The position numbers were made by a program, and so were the translations under genes. A stretch of 64,000 nt of DNA. Source: Macrostomum hystrix (Eukaryota; Animalia; Platyhelminthes). Location: assembly GCA_950097015.1 (NCBI GenBank), contig CATNEN010000039.1, positions 18,972,001 through 19,036,000 on the forward strand. The letters run 5' to 3'. Positions 63,245-64,000 of the stretch are shown one piece after another. The notes beneath the pieces were generated by a model that did not search any database, was not told where the DNA came from, and was given only the letters and a program-made list of their open reading frames with translations. The number at the start of each line of letters is the position of its first letter. The stretch's first letter is position 1.

Positions 63245-63399
63245 CTCGAATTCAGAATGTGTCCCTTCTGTCCGAACCAGTGGCACAGGCCCGGAGCAGC
63301 CCTGGCGGCCATAGACAGTTAGGAAGAGTCGACTGCCACTTGGATTTACAGCTGAACCAGCGCCAGCGTCAGTTGTGAGATTTACTCGCCAGCATCCGC
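63245..63399 (-). CDS. RP1-like locus exon (PLAT N-terminal half)
   Basis: WRVNLTT...LFLTVYGRQGCSGPVPL...SEFE; phase 1/0. Confidence 0.85.
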
Positions 63400-63526
63400 C
63401 TGTTGTTTATTTAAATATATTCTTTAGACATTCGTTATTAAGGTGTGCTATCTCTAAATATCCTGCTAAATTTATTTGATCCCGTTCTGGCTCCAGATTA
63501 GAAAAGTAGTTACTTGCTGCGGCCCC

Positions 63527-63835
63527 AGCTGCGATTCTAGCTACTGCTCCTGCTGCGATTCTAGCTACTGCTCCTGCTGCGATTCTAGCTACAGCTGTTG
63601 CTGCGATTCTAGCTACAGCTGCTGCTGCGATTCTAGCTACAGCTGTTGCTGCGATTCTAGCTACAGCTGCTGCTGCGATTCTAGCTACAGCTGTTGCTGC
63701 GATTCTAGCTACAGCTGTTGCTGCGATTCTAGCTACAGCTCCTGCTGCGATTCTAGCTACTGCTCCTGCTGCGATTCTAGCTACTGCTCCTGCTGCGATT
63801 CTAGCTACAGCTCCTGCTGCGATTCTAGCTACAGC
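63527..63835. repeat. 24-bp intronic minisatellite (GCTGCGATTCTAGCTACAGCTSYT)n
   Basis: About 13 copies starting about 12 nt from the donor at 63847. Confidence 0.92.
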
Positions 63836-63847
63836 CAGAACTCTCAC

Positions 63848-63992
63848 GTGACTTGGCTGGCCGGGCCTTAGCTTTTCCAGCGACTCCGTTGGTGACAGCT
63901 ACGCCGCTCCAGGCGGATCGAGGCTGGAATTTCTCCGGTCCAGCGGCCACAAAACTGTCCGGCCCATTGTAGACTGCGGACAGGGACTCGAC
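63848..63992 (-). CDS. RP1: RP1-like locus exon encoding the C-terminal end of a doublecortin (DCX) domain; gene continues beyond the window
   Basis: VESLSAVYNGPDSFVAAGPEKF resembles the DCX terminal motif (compare [22 protein letters not shown]); it is the only open frame; acceptor TTCCGCAG, donor GTGAGA, phase 0/1. Confidence 0.65.
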
Positions 63993-64000
63993 CTGCGGAA

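Overview
This is eukaryotic (animal) genomic DNA, not prokaryotic. GC-rich exons full of poly-Ala/Gln tracts, GT-AG introns packed with minisatellites and tRNA-derived SINEs suggest a free-living flatworm such as Macrostomum (inference only). Four protein-coding loci were reconstructed by hand with phase-consistent splice sites. (1) A nephrin-like receptor with about 7 Ig domains, FN3 and a TM helix, whose CDS has no introns (2247-5969, minus strand). (2) PPP4R3/SMEK, 4 exons, about 1011 aa (12361-21848, minus). (3) A divergently transcribed EFCAB6-like multi-EF-hand gene, 5 exons, about 1534 aa (25329-32220, plus). (4) A giant RP1/LOXHD1-like locus (40951 to beyond 63992, minus, about 2600 codons inside the window) running DCX C-terminus, PLAT domains, two beta-trefoil modules, PLAT domains, a cassette of symmetric phase-1 micro-exons, then many more PLAT domains. 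The most notable signal is at 49.78-50.2 kb, where a stop exon, AATAAA signals, tandem acceptors and a new in-frame ATG micro-exon are packed together, so the locus could be read as one giant protein or as two operon-like cistrons. Other notable features are minisatellites concentrated next to 5' splice sites (some duplicating splice signals), an in-frame stop-free intron, a foldback structure built from inverted 35-bp arrays, two hAT-type MITEs carrying the same 16-bp minisatellite, a MITE with a perfect 8-bp target-site duplication, two SINE families and a 7.2-kb 23-bp satellite with a 3453-bp higher-order duplication. Most long ORFs in the supplied track that fall in repeats are artefacts.
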